DNA of 64,000 bases from Malacoraja senta. Lineage: Eukaryota. The notes below the pieces were generated by a model. It searched no databases and had not been told where the DNA came from. It worked only from the letters and a program-made list of their open reading frames with translations. Position 1 is the first letter of the stretch. Each line of letters begins with the position of its first letter. Shown here piece by piece: positions 13,379 through 26,045 of the stretch. Position numbers and translations under genes: made by a program. Location: the NCBI GenBank assembly GCA_038087875.1, contig CM075994.1:10170001-10234000 (forward strand), given 5' to 3'.

Positions 13379-14261
13379 CAGCAACTGAAATCAGAGCTGT
13401 CTTTCGATCCGTTCATTTTAACGCGTTAACCGCTTCCGGCAACGGAACAGAAATTACTTTTGTGAAAATATAAAGATTGCAACAATCGCCCTTCCACTGG
13501 TTTCAGCAGCTGCCGCTGGTTGCGGGTCCTGAGCTCCCGGGCTCAGGAGCTCGCACCCGGGCTCCCCCGGGTCCTAAAGTTAGCAGATTTTAAGGAATAA
13601 TAGCATTTGTTCACCACACAACAAAATCGTTTTCTTCGGAACGGTTCTTTGGAAGAATGGGTTCAAACCGAATTCCCGGTTCCAGATGGGAGCCCGTTGT
13701 GCTCGGGCTCTGTCTGTCTCTCTGTAGGATACGTAGATCATTGCTTGTTTCAGTCGCCGCCAGACCCCTCCCTCACCTCTCTCTCAGGTACATCATGTCT
13801 GTATCGGTGCTGCTTCCTGCTCTCGGTCACCGCTTTAACGCTTCATCTTCCTCACTGCCAATTTACAACCATCTCCCACATTCTTCTGCTCGAGCCCCGA
13901 CTCTTCCCTTCGCTTTCTCGCCGTCTCGAGAAAACCCGAGTGACCAAAGTCCAGTCCAAGCCCGCGGACGCCAGCGACTACTTCGTCTATCCACTACCCC
14001 TGTTTGCGCATCGGAAATGGAATACTCCCCCCAAGATCGAGTGCCTACAACAACAACCCGCGTACATTTACACAATGCCCTCGCATCTCTTTTAGACACC
14101 ACAACGTTCTTTTCTAGTGGAATTCTCTTTGAAGTGCAGCCAGGAATGGCAACTGAAATGACAAGGGAAGAACGTTTAGTGCAAAGTAAAGCCAGCAAAG
14201 TCCGATCAAGTACAGTCCGAGGGTCACCAAAGAGGTAGATAGTAGTTTAGCACTGCTAATC

Positions 14262-14978
14262 AGGTGCAGGAGTAGGCCATTCGGCCCTTCGAGCGAGCTC
14301 CGCCATTTAATATGATCATGTCTAATCATCCAAAATCAGTAACCTGTTCCTGCTTTCTCCCCATATCCCTTGATTCCGTTAATGCTAAGAGCCATATCCA
14401 ACTCTCTCTTGAATACACCCAGTGAATTAGCCTCTACTGCCTTCTGTGGGTGGAAACGTTCTCCCTCATCTCAGTCCTATATGACCTACCCCTTATTCTT
14501 AAACTGTGACCCCTGGTTCTGGTTCATCGGGAAATTTTTTCCTGCACCTAGCCTGTCCAATCCGTTAAATACATATATTTGTCTATAAAATCCCCCCTCA
14601 TCCTTCTAAATTCCAGTGAATATTAGCCCAGTCGCTCCATTCTCGAAAACAAATTCACTAACACTATCCTACATAAAAGGGACAATTGTTTTAACCAATA
14701 TTAGTCTCATCTCAAACTGACTAACCATTAGAACTGAGATGAGGACAAACCTTTTCACCCAGAGGTTTGAGTGAATTTGTGGAATTCTCTTCCTCAGAAG
14801 GCAATGGAGGCCGATGCACTGGATAGAGCACTTAGGGCTCGAGGAATCAAGAGATATGGAGACAAGGCAGGAACGTGGTACTGATTGTGGATGATCAGCC
14901 ATGATCACATTGAATGGCGGTGCTGTCTCCAAGGGCCGAATGGCCTAATCCTGCATCTATTTTCTATATGTCTATGTA
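14262..14978. mobile_element. Divergent pair of old CR1 3'-end fragments
   Basis: Minus fragment ~14262-14645 and plus fragment ~14726-14978; paralogous at ~26277-26985 and ~59143-59925. Confidence 0.7.
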
Positions 14979-15977
14979 ACCACATACACATCCAAATCGT
15001 TTACATTTATAGGAAATGGTCAACAGTTGAGCCAGCACCGAGCCCTGCGGCAAACCATCTGTCGACTGTCTCCATTCCGAGGAGCAACCCTGTACCATCG
15101 CCCTCGGAATCCGATCATCAGACGAATTTTATATCCCATTGGCTTGTTGAAAGCGTGAAAACGCCCACCTCCAGATTCAGGGACTGTTTCTTCCCAGCTG
15201 TCATCAGGCAACTGAATCATCCTACCACAACCAGAGAGCAGTGCTGAACTACTATCTCCCTCATTGGTAGATCTGCATCACATAACAGTTTGTCTGTCTT
15301 TTCTTCTTTTTTTGTTATTTTCAGTGGGTTTTAAAAGTATTGGTTAATCTTTTCTGGTGCGTTTTATGTGGGGGATGGAGGAGGGGTGGGTGAATTTTGT
15401 ATCAATCTCTTACCTTGCCGGAGATGCGATTGTTTTCAGGATCATATCTCCGGTCGCTCTGCGGCCTAACATTATAGAGCTGGCGGCCTTGATTATGATT
15501 ATGATTATGATTACGATACACTGTAATGGCTCGATTGTAATCATGCATTGTCTTTCCACTGACTGGAGTGCATGCAACATAAGCTTTTCACTGTAGCAGA
15601 TTTTAAAACCAAGCTCTATAGTCCATACAGTTTGGGGTTTATTTCATTTAAACACTGAAAAGCACCAAGGCACGAAATTCGAATAAACAAAACTTTTCTA
15701 TTAGGTTCTTGTGAATTTCCAAGGACATTTCATCTGATTACAATCAAGTCAAACTCCAGTACAATAGATAGACTAAAGGGACTGTTACAATGTGCAGCAT
15801 ATAGTTCTCAGCATTGCAGCGTCACAACCCGCTAACATTTATACAATGTCCTCGCATCTCTTTTCGGAGACCACAGAGTGCTTTACCTGCGTAAATCACA
15901 TTGAAGTGCAGCCAGTAATGGCAACGGGAATCCAGAACCTCGTCAATGAAGGCCCAGAGTACAACATCAGGACATAG

Positions 15978-17030
15978 TCACAAAAAGCTGGAGTAACTCA
16001 GCGGGACAGGCAGCATCTCTGGACAGAAGGAGTGGGTGACATTTCGGGTCGAGACCCTTTATTTTTGTCTAGTTAAATGTAGTTGTTTGTGTTTTTTTTA
16101 ATACTGTTTTAATTGTGTATATGTGGGGGGAGGGGGGAACTTTAAAAATCTATTCCCTGCACGGGAGACCCGACCTTTTCCCTGTCGGGTCTCCGTTGTC
16201 GTTGGGGCCTAGCTCCGTGGAGCGGCCTCCGACCGGGACGACCTGGGAGCTCCAGTCGCGGAGCCTGTGGAGCTGCGGACTTACCATCGTGGGGCTGGCC
16301 GTCCTCGGAGCGCGGGGAGCGGTGGTGGCTCGCTGCTGCGGCCCGACTCCGGAGCTCCAGCTGCAGACCTGTGGACTATGATATCGGGAGCTCGCGGGTC
16401 CGGGTGAGAGACTGCTTTCCGGAGCTCCCGCAACGCAACTTCTCCAGCTCGAGTCGCGGGGTTGGAACGACCCGGAGCGGGGCCGTAAATCCAGCGCCCG
16501 CCGGGGGCTCCAACTTGGTGACTTTTGGGCCCGGAGCGAAGCTGTATACCGCCCGGCGCGGCCTCAACGGCCGTGGGACTTAACATTGCCCGCCTGGGGC
16601 TTCAACATCGGGAGAAAAATGGTGCAGGGGAGAGAAATGACTTTGCCTTCCATCACAGTGAGGAGGAGATTCACTGTGATGGATGTTTTTCTGTAAATTG
16701 AATTGTTTGTGTGTCGTGTAGGAATTGTTTTTTTTGTATGGCTGTGGAAACGGAGTTTCGTTTGAGCCTCTTGAGGTTCAAATGACAAGAAATAAATCAA
16801 ATCAAATCAAATCAAAATCTTCAGACTGAGAGTCAGGGGAAAGGCAAGCGAGAGATATAGACGGTGATATAAAGAGATGTAGAACAAATGAATGAAAGAA
16901 TCCGAAGAAGGGTCTAGACCTTAAACGTCACCCATTCCTTCTCTCCTGTGATGCTGCCTGTCCTGCTGAGATACTCCAGCACTTTGTAACTGTCTTCGAT
17001 TTAAACAAGCATCTGCAGTTCCTTCCTACA
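15978..17030. mobile_element. Fold-back Penelope-type short element interrupted by a GC-rich insertion
   Basis: Inverted arms GCTGGAGTAACTCAGCGGGACAGGCAGCATC / GATGCTGCCTGTCCTGCTGAGATACTCCAGC; uninterrupted paralogues at 29221-29515 and 62241-62530. Confidence 0.7.
16060..16818 (+). mobile_element. GC-rich non-coding retroposon A
   Basis: T-rich start, CpG-rich body, AATAAA + (AAATC)n tail; absent in paralogous units. Confidence 0.75.
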
Positions 17031-17941
17031 TCATCCGGAGGTTATGTTGAATCTGTATAAAATACAGGTTTGGACCCGACTGGTGCATCAAGCCTATTTC
17101 TGGTCACCAAACTTAATGAATCAAGCGAGGATCATCGGGACGGCGCAGGAGATATTCACTGGAATGATTTCCAGGATGAGGAGATTCGGGTCGAGGTTGA
17201 GGCCGGAGAAGCGGGTGCAGGTTCTCTGTGGAGAAGGGAATATGAAAGCTTTCACAGAGGGTTCAAGCTCAGGTCCGGTGTGGAGAGGGGGAACGGGAGC
17301 GTGGGGGGGGGCGTCTTTCCATCTATGCGAGGTTCAAATGGGCATAAAATAGAGAGACAGAAGCAACAAGGGGAATATGGCTTGGAGTGTAGGAAGGAAT
17401 TGCAGATGCTGGTTTAAACCTAAGATAGACACAAATTGCTGGAGTAACTCAGCGGGACAGGCAGCATTTCTGGAGAGAAGGGCTGGTTGACGTTTCAGGT
17501 AGAGCCGGTCTCCAGCATTTTGTGCCTATCTAAGGGGAATGAGGCTTTTCAGTTTAGTTTCTTGTCGCGTGTTTCTGCGTACAGTGAAACTTGTTGCGTG
17601 CTATCCAGTCAGCAGAAAGACAATACATGATTACAATCGAGCCACGTACAATGTACAGTTACTCGATGATGCAATAACGTTTAGTGCAAGGTTACGCCAG
17701 TAAAGTCCGATCATAGTTAAAGTGAGAAATGTTGAGATGGGGGTAGAGATTTAAGAGTGTGGGGCGATTGTAGTATGTGATTGTAGATCTTCATCGCACG
17801 CAATTAGACGCCTTGTTTGGGCGCCATCTCGGAAGCATTAGCGGCAAGAATGACCTACAGGGGCGGAGGAAATGCTGCCAATTGGGCTTTCGAATCTGAG
17901 TGTTCCGTGTTCCGTGTTCCGTGTTGCACACTCACTGATAC

Positions 17942-18252
17942 CACGGTGCCGCAGCCGTAGAGTTGCTGCCTTGCAGCACTTGCAGCGCCAGAGACCCGGG
18001 TTCGATCCCGACTACGGCTGCTGTCTGTACGGAGTTTGTAAGTTCTCCCCGTTACCGCGTGGGTTTTCTCCGAAATCTTCGGTTTCCTCCTACACTCCAA
18101 AGAAGTACAGGTATGTAGGTTAATTGGCTTGGTGGATGTGTAAAATTGTCCCCAGTGCGTGCAGGATAGTGTAATATGCGGGGATCGCTGGTCGGTGAGG
18201 ACTCGGTGGGCCGAAGGGCCTGTTTTTGCGCTGTATCTCTCAACTAATCTAA
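17942..18252 (+). mobile_element. V-SINE (HE1-like)
   Basis: Full head, V-domain and tail. Confidence 0.82.
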
Positions 18253-18307
18253 ATTGATCAGCAGACAAAGTGAAAACATTTTGAACCAGGAAGTGGCGGA
18301 TTTAAAA

Positions 18308-21300
18308 ATGGCTTCGAAACACCAGGTCGAGAGTTTAACCGAGGAGATTGTTTGTCCCATCTGCCTGGATTTCTTCACCGATCCGGTGACACTGGAGTGT
18401 GGGCACAACTTCTGCCGATCCTGTATCACACAGAGTTGGGACAGCGAGGGGAGAAACTCCTGCCCGGAATGTAGCGACGAGTTTACAGACCGCACCCTCA
18501 GGGTGATTCGGGCCTTGGTTAGACTGGCTGAGAAAGCTCGAGCACTGAGCCTGAATCTCAAAGAGAAGGAAAGTGAACTTCACTGCGAGAAACATCAGGA
18601 AGAACTGAAGCTGTTTTGTGAAACGGACAAGAAACTGATCTGTGTGATTTGTGCAGCTGCGCAGGAACACAAGTTTTTCACGGCTTCACGCTGATAGAAG
18701 AAGCAATTAAATTCTACAAGGTAAAACCAAAGCACTTTTGATCACATCTTTGTGTCATGTTTAGTTTATTTGCTCACATATTTCTTCTCTGATCTGAAAC
18801 CCAACTCCAGGATCAGGTGAACTCTTCCTTCGAATCTCTCACAAAAAAGAAATCAGAGATCGAGCAAATGGAGCAGCAACAGAAAGAGAAGATCTCTGGT
18901 GTTATGGTGAGGTTTTCCAATTTCGATTTCCTGATCTTGTGTAGTTTTCATCAATGTGATGCGTGTAACGTTAGGACACCTCTCTACAGCACAAGAGCGG
19001 AGGGTTGGAGCTATAGAGATAAAGACTACGCGGGCAGGTACTTACTGTAGATAGAGTGGATGTGGGAAGTATGTTTCCACTGGTGGGACTGTAGGACTAG
19101 AGGTCATAGCCTCAGAATTATTGGGCGCTCTTTTAGAAAGGAGATGAGGGGGAACTTAGAAAAGCGGTCACTGCCGCGCCGCGGTAGAGTTGCTGCCTTA
19201 CAGCGAATGCAGCGCCGGAGACCTGGGTTGAATCCCGTCTACGGGTGCTGTCTGTACGGAGTTTGTACGTTCTCCCCGTGTCCTGCGTGGGTTTTTTCTG
19301 ATAATCTTCGGTTTCCTCCCACACTCCAAAGACGAACAGGTTTGTAGGTTTATTGCCTTGGAAAATGTAAAAAATTGTTAATGTGTGGGGATTGCTGGTC
19401 GGCACCGACCCGATGGGCCGAACGGCCGGTTTCATCGCTGTATCTCTAAACTAAAAAAAACGAAACCTATTTTGTCAGAGGGTAATTAACCTATGGAACT
19501 CATTGGACATGTTGGGCCAAATGGCTTATTTCTGTACTCCATGCCACAAGGTTGATTGGCCAACTATCCCCTCGCATATCGTTAGGAAACACAATGCAGT
19601 GACATTATATATTTATCTTCATCTTTCTTTTCACAGGAAGAGTCACACAACCTTCAGTCACAGATCACATCCCAGTTTGCTGAACTGCACCAGATTTTCA
19701 TTGAGAAAGAACGGCGTGTACTCGCAGATGTCCGGGAAGAAGAGGAGAAAATTCGGAACGAAATGGAGAAAAGGCTTCAAGAGATTCAAGCGAATTTAAA
19801 TTCCATCCAAAAGGAACTCTCAACGTTGCAGCAACAGATAGATCAAAAAGACAACAGGGTATTTCTGAAGGTGAGGGGTTACACTACATTTAGGCGAAGT
19901 GAAGCTGCACAGTCACAACATGGTGGGTGACATTTCTCAAATGAATGCATCATTTACCAGTAATTCAGAGCTGGGTCAATGTTCCGTCTGTCCAGCGATG
20001 TGCTGTTGTTGTTCCCATACTAAATGGCCTCCTGCATAAACTATGGGATCTCAGGACAGCCTGCAAACTCCTTGAGAAAGAGTTGCTGTGATCTTGTCAC
20101 TGAGTTCGTGAACATGTAATATTTCCCCGAAAAGAAGGAAAATATGCAGGAATCATAAGACCATGGGGAAAGTCTTCTGTATGGTCAGCATTAGGGGGAA
20201 ATCGTTTTTTGTGATGTTAGAACATCCCCGTGAAGGCAGTCTAATGATTTTAGCCCAGGATACACATTGCAATATGTCCTTAATAGCACTTAATTTGACC
20301 TGTCCTATCCCTAGTTATCCTTTTGCTCTCAAAAGGGGATGTTCTTCCCCGGTATTCTTTGACTTGTAATATACTCGTAGAATCTTGTAGGGGGGGGGGT
20401 CACTATTATCTGAGCCACATCGAGAGCATTTAGCATAGATTTCATTACCGTAACCATGAAATGATGTTACAGAATTGGAGGCAACACAAAAGTGAATCAC
20501 CGGAATAATTGCAGGATGGGGGGCTTGTCTCATCAGCAGGGTTTATCGAGGTTGGATCCATAATCCTTGCAGTTTAAAAGAATGAAGAGTCGTTTTGCCA
20601 TTGTCTCCAAGGTCCACGACAGGATAGAGGGCAGTGAATCTTTGGAATTCTCCAACCCAGAGACCTTTGGGGATTGAAACTGTCAGCAGTATTTGAACCA
20701 GAAGGAGAGACTTTTTTTGTTGAAAATTCCAGGAATTGAACATGAGGGGAATGGGGAAAAAGGGGTGAGTTCTGTCCTGGGCAATGACCACATTGTGGGG
20801 ATTAACATTGAAATCTAGATGTGGCGCATCATTTATCATCTGTCATCCATGAAATGAACATGCCGGGAATGGGGCAAACAGGAGGAAATCTCTTGTGCTT
20901 ATCTTGTTTTCCCTTCGATGTATCTCAATGAGATGTTGTTCCTCAGTTATTCAGATGTGTGTCTTATGTCTTTCGGAAAAGGAGGTAGGACACGCTCTTG
21001 ATTGAAACGCTGTATGTTTTTGTAGAACAGCTCCGAAATTGTTGAAGCTCAGATTCTAACCAGCCGTTAAATATTTGCAGGGTTAGTGATGAAGTTCGTA
21101 CATTGTCAGTGACAGATGGTGTCTTGCCAATTGAAAAGATTCATCACCACTTTGTGTTGAACACGTTGTGGAGAGAACCCTGTGCCATTCAGCAAGGTAA
21201 AACGTGTTCAGTTTCCATTCTTCTTATTGAATACAACTTTACGTCCCACAAATGCAAACATTACGCAGTAATTGTACTCAACTTCACATCTGGCATCTCG

Positions 21301-24033
21301 TTCTATCTCTCCACCATCCACTGTCTTAAAACATTGAGCTTCAATGCATTTTCCAACTTTACCATCTCACCTTAAACTGATGCCCTCAATCTTTAGACTT
21401 TAGAAAATTCCGTGTTCCATTCTGCAGCCCATTAGACCTGCTAATTAAGATCACATTTCATCACAGATAACCTTCTATACTCTCCATGACGCCACCAATC
21501 TTAGTGTCCTCCACAAACCTATTAACTATGTCACCCACATACACATACAAAGCGTTTTGTATAAATAACGACCAACAATGGAGAGAGCATCGAGCTCTAT
21601 GGCACACCCTTTGCGAGAGCCTCCAGTCTGAAAAGCATTCCTCCACCAACCCTCTGTCTCCTGCCTTCAGACCGTGGTTGTGCTCCATTGTGTAACTCGC
21701 CCTGGATTTGATCAGATCCAAACATCCAGACCACATACCATGCAGAGGGTTGAAGATGTTTCTCCAACATAGCAGTAAATATCTGGAATTGTGTGACTAA
21801 TTGATGGTGACAGGCCATATCTTTGGATATAGGTGAAGGGGAAATAGTTGGACATTGGAAAGATCATTAAATTGGGGGTTAGGGGAAGTCACACTGAAGA
21901 GGAACTGGACCCAGCTTCGATCAGCCATCATCATATTGAACCGAGGATAGGCCTGAGAGGCGGAGCCTACTCCGCACCTATTTTCTTCCTGTGTTATGTT
22001 TTTTTCTACTTATACAAAGATAAACTCTGCACAGAACGAGTGTAGCAACGATTGACAATACTTGGTTCCGTACGATATTGTTGTGCGGGTGACATTGAGT
22101 GGTCTCCGCCTGCCTTGCTCGAGAGTACAGTTGTATTTGAGGAGATCTCTGGGAAATACAAAGTCCTTACACTGCTCAGTGGGCTGGATGCAATGAGGAT
22201 GTCTTCCCTGTCTGAGGGGTCTGGAGCCAGCGGACACCCTCTCAGAATATAGGCTGGAACATTTGGGACAGAGACAAGGAGACATTACTGCTCTTGGAGC
22301 CAGATTGCCATGGTTGTACATTACAGAGTCAGGCCCTTCGCCCCAACGTGTCCATGTACACCTTTTTCCCAGCTATACTACTCCATTTGCACACATTAGG
22401 ACCATATTAGTCTACACATCATTTGTTAAATCGTAATGCCTCTTAAATGTAGTGATTACATTTTATCCACCACCTCCTCTGGCAAAATATTCCAGGTATC
22501 AATAACTCTGTGTGATGTAAACTTACCACTCAGACCCACTTTAAAACTCCATCCTCATGTGTTAAACCCGCGCCCTCCAGTTTTGATATCCCTGTATGAG
22601 CATGAGGTTTGGATGATCTAGCCTCTATCTTGTTGCAAGCTTTGATAGACTTCCTTGCTATCCACAGTATTACGTGTTCTCCACAAACGTAGTAGTCACA
22701 CCTCCTACATTCACATCCAAGCCATGAAAATATAAAATAAACAGCAAAGGTTGCAGCGACGATCTTTGCTGCACACCACCAGTCACAGACCTCCAGGCAG
22801 AAAAATTATCCTTCTACCGGTACCTTCCACCTCCAAGCACCAGGACAATTCTGGATCTATTTAACCAGCTCGCTTGGATCCCACTTCCCTTTGGATCAGC
22901 CCTACATGCGGAATATTGTCAAGTCCCACAGTGAAGTTCATTTATTGGTTCACAATGAGATCAGAATGTTCTTGGTTGTACCGACGCATCAAATCCACGC
23001 TCCACTAAAGAAAGCAAGTAAACAGTAGCAGATTGCCTCGCCCGTCCCGTCCACTCCCGTTCAGTATGATCACGGCAACTCCACCCCACATCTCTACATC
23101 CTCTTTAACCACCTCTAATTACCACTCAATTCGGTCTCCCCATTTACCAATCTGCCCTCTCCCTCGCCATGTACTGGCAAGATATTTGAATACCCGCCTT
23201 ATTTCTCCATCCCCACCCGCAATCTTACGTTCATCCTCACTTTACGCATTCAATTTCCCGTCCGTACGCCCGCCCCCTCCCATTCCCGATAAACCGCGGA
23301 ATTTCCCCTCTCTTGCCCGGTTGAGAATCTCCGGGAAAGGTATCTGTTGTCCATCCGATGTTGTTGTGGGTGAAAGCCCGGGTCAAGATTTCAGTTGTCC
23401 GCCCACCTGTGACTGAGGCCGAGCGGCCTCTCCCCCGGTCCCAGGGCCGCTGCTGCTGCCCGAGTCCCCCGACCCCCGGGGACTCCCTGATTCTCTGCTT
23501 CTCCCCCCAGTCTCCGTCACCCTGGATGTGGAAACAGCGCATCCGGAGCTCGAGGTGTCTGAGGATCGGAAGAGGGTGAGACGGACCGAGACCGAGAGGA
23601 GTCTCCCTGACACTGGGAAGAGATTACATCCCTGGGAGTGTGTGCTGGGATCGGAGGGATTCACATCGGGGAGACATTACTGGGAGGTGGAGGTGGCGGG
23701 GAATCGGGGCTGGAGGCTGGGAGTCGCCGCAGAGTCTGTGGCGAGGAAGGGACCGGTCACACTGACCCCGGAGACTGGAGTCTGGAGCATCAAGCGGCAG
23801 GGTGACGAGTTTAATGCATTCACCTCCCCTCTCCCCGCCCGTCCTATCCCCGGGAGGGTGGGAGTTTATCTCAGTTGCGAGTCCGGGACAGTTTCATTTT
23901 ACGACGCGGACACCAAGTCCCATCTCCACACCTTCACTGGAATAAATTCACGAAGAAACTGTATCCTTTCTTCGCGACTTGGACTATAAACCAGTGGCTG
24001 AGAATCAGCTCCGGTTCCGCTCCGGGTGTGTAA
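18308..24033 (+). pseudogene. TRIM copy 2, probable pseudogene
   Basis: Exons 18308-18720 (413 nt, +2 at T5 18674-18678, stop 18692-18694), 18811-18906, 19637-19870, exon-4 remnant 20975-20984 without its AG acceptor, 21081-21196, 23511-24033 (GGG>GG frameshift at 23939-23940). Confidence 0.8.
19169..19455 (+). mobile_element. V-SINE (HE1-like) in copy 2 intron 2
   Basis: GCGGTAGAGTTGCTGCCTTACAGC head, GTTTGTACGTTCTCCCCGTG V-domain, TAAAC tail. Confidence 0.78.
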
Positions 24034-25749
24034 AAGGGTGGGGGTCCAGGACCGGCGTCAGGAGCGGGGCTCAGGGGCTGTGGGGCAGAAACCCGGTGGA
24101 CAACAGGTCGGCGCTGAACGGCTCCCATTTAATCCCCAAATTCCGCGTCGTGAAACCCCAGTGAGCGCGGAATTAAAACCAGGGTGAATGTAAATGTGGG
24201 AAGAGTGAAATAAACAGCAACTTAAATCAGACCTGTCTGTCGATCCGTTCATTTTAACGCGTTAACCGCGTCCGGCAACGGAACAGAAATTACTTTTGTG
24301 AAAATATAAAGATTGAAACAATCTCCCTTCCCGCGGGTTCAGCAGCGGCCGCGGGCGGCGGGTCCTGAGCTCCGGATCCCCCGGGTCCTAAGTCCGGCGG
24401 CAATTGGGATTAAATGCCGTTCAATCTTGCAGCATTTGATTCCACGCAATAGATTCGTTTTCTTCGTAACGGTTCTTTGGAAGAACGGTTTTAAACCGAA
24501 TTGCCCGTTCCAGGTGGGATCCCGTTGTGCTCAGGCTCTGCCTGTCTCTCTGTAGGATACGTACATCATTCCTTGTTTGAGTCGCCGCTAGACCCCTCCC
24601 TCACCTCTCTCTCAGGTACATCATGTCTGTATCGGTGCTGCTTCCTGCTCTCGTTCACCGCTTTAACGCTTCATCTCCCTCACTGCCAGTCTCCAACCAG
24701 CTCCCACTTTACTCTGCTCGAGCCCCGACTCTTCCCTTCGCTTTCTCGCCGTCTCGAGAAAACCTCGAGTGACCAAAGTCCATTCCAAGCCCGCGGACGT
24801 CCACCACTACCCCTGTTTGCGCATCGGAAATTGATTATTCCCTCCAAGATAGAGTGCGTACAGCAACAACCCGCTTACATTTACACAATGTCCTCGCATC
24901 TCTTTTAGGAGACCACAACGTGCTTTACTGGTGGAATTCTCTTTGAAGTGCAGCCAGGAATGGCAATTGAAATAGAGGAGTCAATTTGCAGACAGGAACA
25001 TTCACAGAGGTTAAAAGCAAGCTATACTGTCCAAAGGGATTTGGGTTTATTTCAATTGGAGTATTAGAAGCACCAAGCACATAATTCAAATAAACGCAAT
25101 CTTATGAATGTTACTGGTCGTGCGAATTATCCAACTGCAACAGCAGGGTATTAAATGTATCTGTTGTATTAATCTACTGACCTACAATGATTATCCTCTC
25201 TGATTATCTGCCTCTGTTTCTTCCCTTCTTTCACCCAATTCATCAGGTAAAATCACCGCCCTCAGCCCAAGAGAGAGAAATTGTCATGAGTTGTCAATTG
25301 TCAACTGTACCGAGGCGGAGTAATGAAATTTGCACTAGTCCTTAATCTGAGCTTGCACCTATATCACTCCTCACAGCTTTCCCTCCTTAAACTGCGGGAA
25401 ACACTCCTCTTCCTGACTTCAATGTTAGTAAATAATCCTCCCTCCTCATTCAAGGAATGTTGCCATTCCATCGCCCATGTCCGTAATCTTCCAGATTTTT
25501 AATCAACATTCCCAACTCCCAACAAAGTGGGTTGCAAAATCTCTGACTCAGACCTTTTTGCCTGAGGCCAGACCTATGTTGTGTGGGTGGACAAAGCTGA
25601 GATAGTTAAGTGGGCTTGGTTGGGTCCGCAGTTGGTCAGACAGGATCTGCGGAGAGAGGACATGAGTTCGCATTCCGAGTCTCTGGTCGTAATTTGCCCT
25701 GAACCTGTCAGTCCTGCTGCACATAAAACACGCACTGTTATTGATGTTG

Positions 25750-26045
25750 TTGGGAATATGAGGCACTGTTCCTCCAGTTTGTGTATGGCCTCACTCTGGC
25801 AACGGAGATGGCCCAGGACAGAAAGGTCAACGTGGGAATGGGAAGAGGGGTAAAAATGGTTGGCATCCGGCAGCCCTTGGCGGACCGAGTGCAAGTGTTC
25901 AACCAAATGGTCGGCGACTCTGGACTTTCACACGAATGTGCACCAGGCGTCACCATGAATACAGGATGCACTAGATGAGGTGACCGTGAACCTCTGTCTC
26001 ATTTGAAAGGACGGCTGGGATCCCTGGATGGAGGTGAGGGGGGAG
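25750..26045 (-). mobile_element. Penelope-like element GIY-YIG endonuclease relic
   Basis: Translates to TSIQG..SFQMRQRF..LI*CI...EHLHSVR..ANHF..SHSHVDLSVLG..CQSEA..KLEEQCLIF. Confidence 0.7.

Noticed and set aside
13607..14238. 162/193-aa ORFs in the 3' flank (also 24501-24908, 56703-57500)
   Set aside because: Non-coding duplicated flank; frames and stops differ between copies and no domain is recognisable.
15792..15977. Recurring 61-aa ORF MQHIVLSIAASQ (also 29035, 62056)
   Set aside because: GTG/TTG starts in a eukaryote; recurrence explained by segmental duplication; indels in the ~44860 copy.
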